This document shows positions 47,801 to 48,078 of a stretch of 48,078 nucleotides of DNA, in pieces. A model generated the notes under the pieces. It had not been told where the DNA came from. It saw only the letters and a list, made by a program, of their open reading frames with translations, and did no database searches. Both the position numbers and the translations under genes were made by a program. The DNA is taken from assembly GCF_001194135.2 (NCBI RefSeq), contig NC_069002.1, positions 5,796,612 to 5,844,689 on the forward strand, given 5' to 3'. The stretch comes from Octopus bimaculoides (lineage: Eukaryota). The first letter of the stretch is position 1; each line of letters starts with the position of its first letter.

Positions 47801-48078
47801 TGAAGTGGGTATTTTTCTCAATTTTTATTTTTTCACAATTTTTTTCTCAATGACTTGGTTTGCATTTGACTGGTACTTCTAGCCAATTGGGAAACCATGC
47901 AACGGCTCCCCCGCTGTGTCCTTTTATTTGAAACCTAACAACCCAACAGTCACCGCTATACACGCGAGGTGGTTCGGATCATTTCAGTGGATCCATTTCA
48001 CTCTTCAGTCACAAATTGGTTTTTCTAATGCCTAAAATTGTATTTAATTACATTTTTTTTTACCTTTTTGCTTCTTTT

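Noticed and set aside
47977-48008. Minus-strand CTGAAGA...GAAATGATC hammerhead look-alike
   Set aside because: Stem II pairs only by consuming A9, stem III is not palindromic, and stem I does not pair.

Overview
AT-rich, gapped (many N runs), repeat-saturated eukaryotic genomic DNA. The SINE families, microsatellite load and intron sizes look like an octopus (coleoid cephalopod) draft assembly; this is inferred from pattern recognition, not a search. Almost all ORFs in the supplied track are artefacts of N gaps, microsatellites or SINEs. I could hand-assemble two complete, phase-consistent spliced genes on the minus strand. One is an 8-exon deoxyribonuclease II (28885-35817, 364 aa, both HxK motifs intact). 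The other is a 3-exon ARL14EP-like gene (21816-26489, 318 aa) whose first exon encodes a CENP-B/pogo-Tigger-type helix-turn-helix spliced in frame to the Cys-rich ARF7EP C-terminal domain. A plus-strand terminal exon of an upstream gene lies at 638-867. Mobile DNA includes a full-length but decayed Hsmar1-like mariner with perfect 27-bp TIRs (1922-3205), fragments of hAT, maT, RLE-type and L1/Tx1-like elements, mariner MITEs, a Helentron-associated element and dozens of SINE copies. The best leads are the HTH-ARL14EP fusion (with an in-frame upstream AUG and a single UGA), a minimal hammerhead-like motif inside a 21-bp inverted repeat (43927-44096), two long near-perfect hairpins (44700-44753, 44827-44935) and an 11-unit degenerate ~60-bp array (20286-20912). 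Repeat boundaries are approximate; exon boundaries were read base by base.
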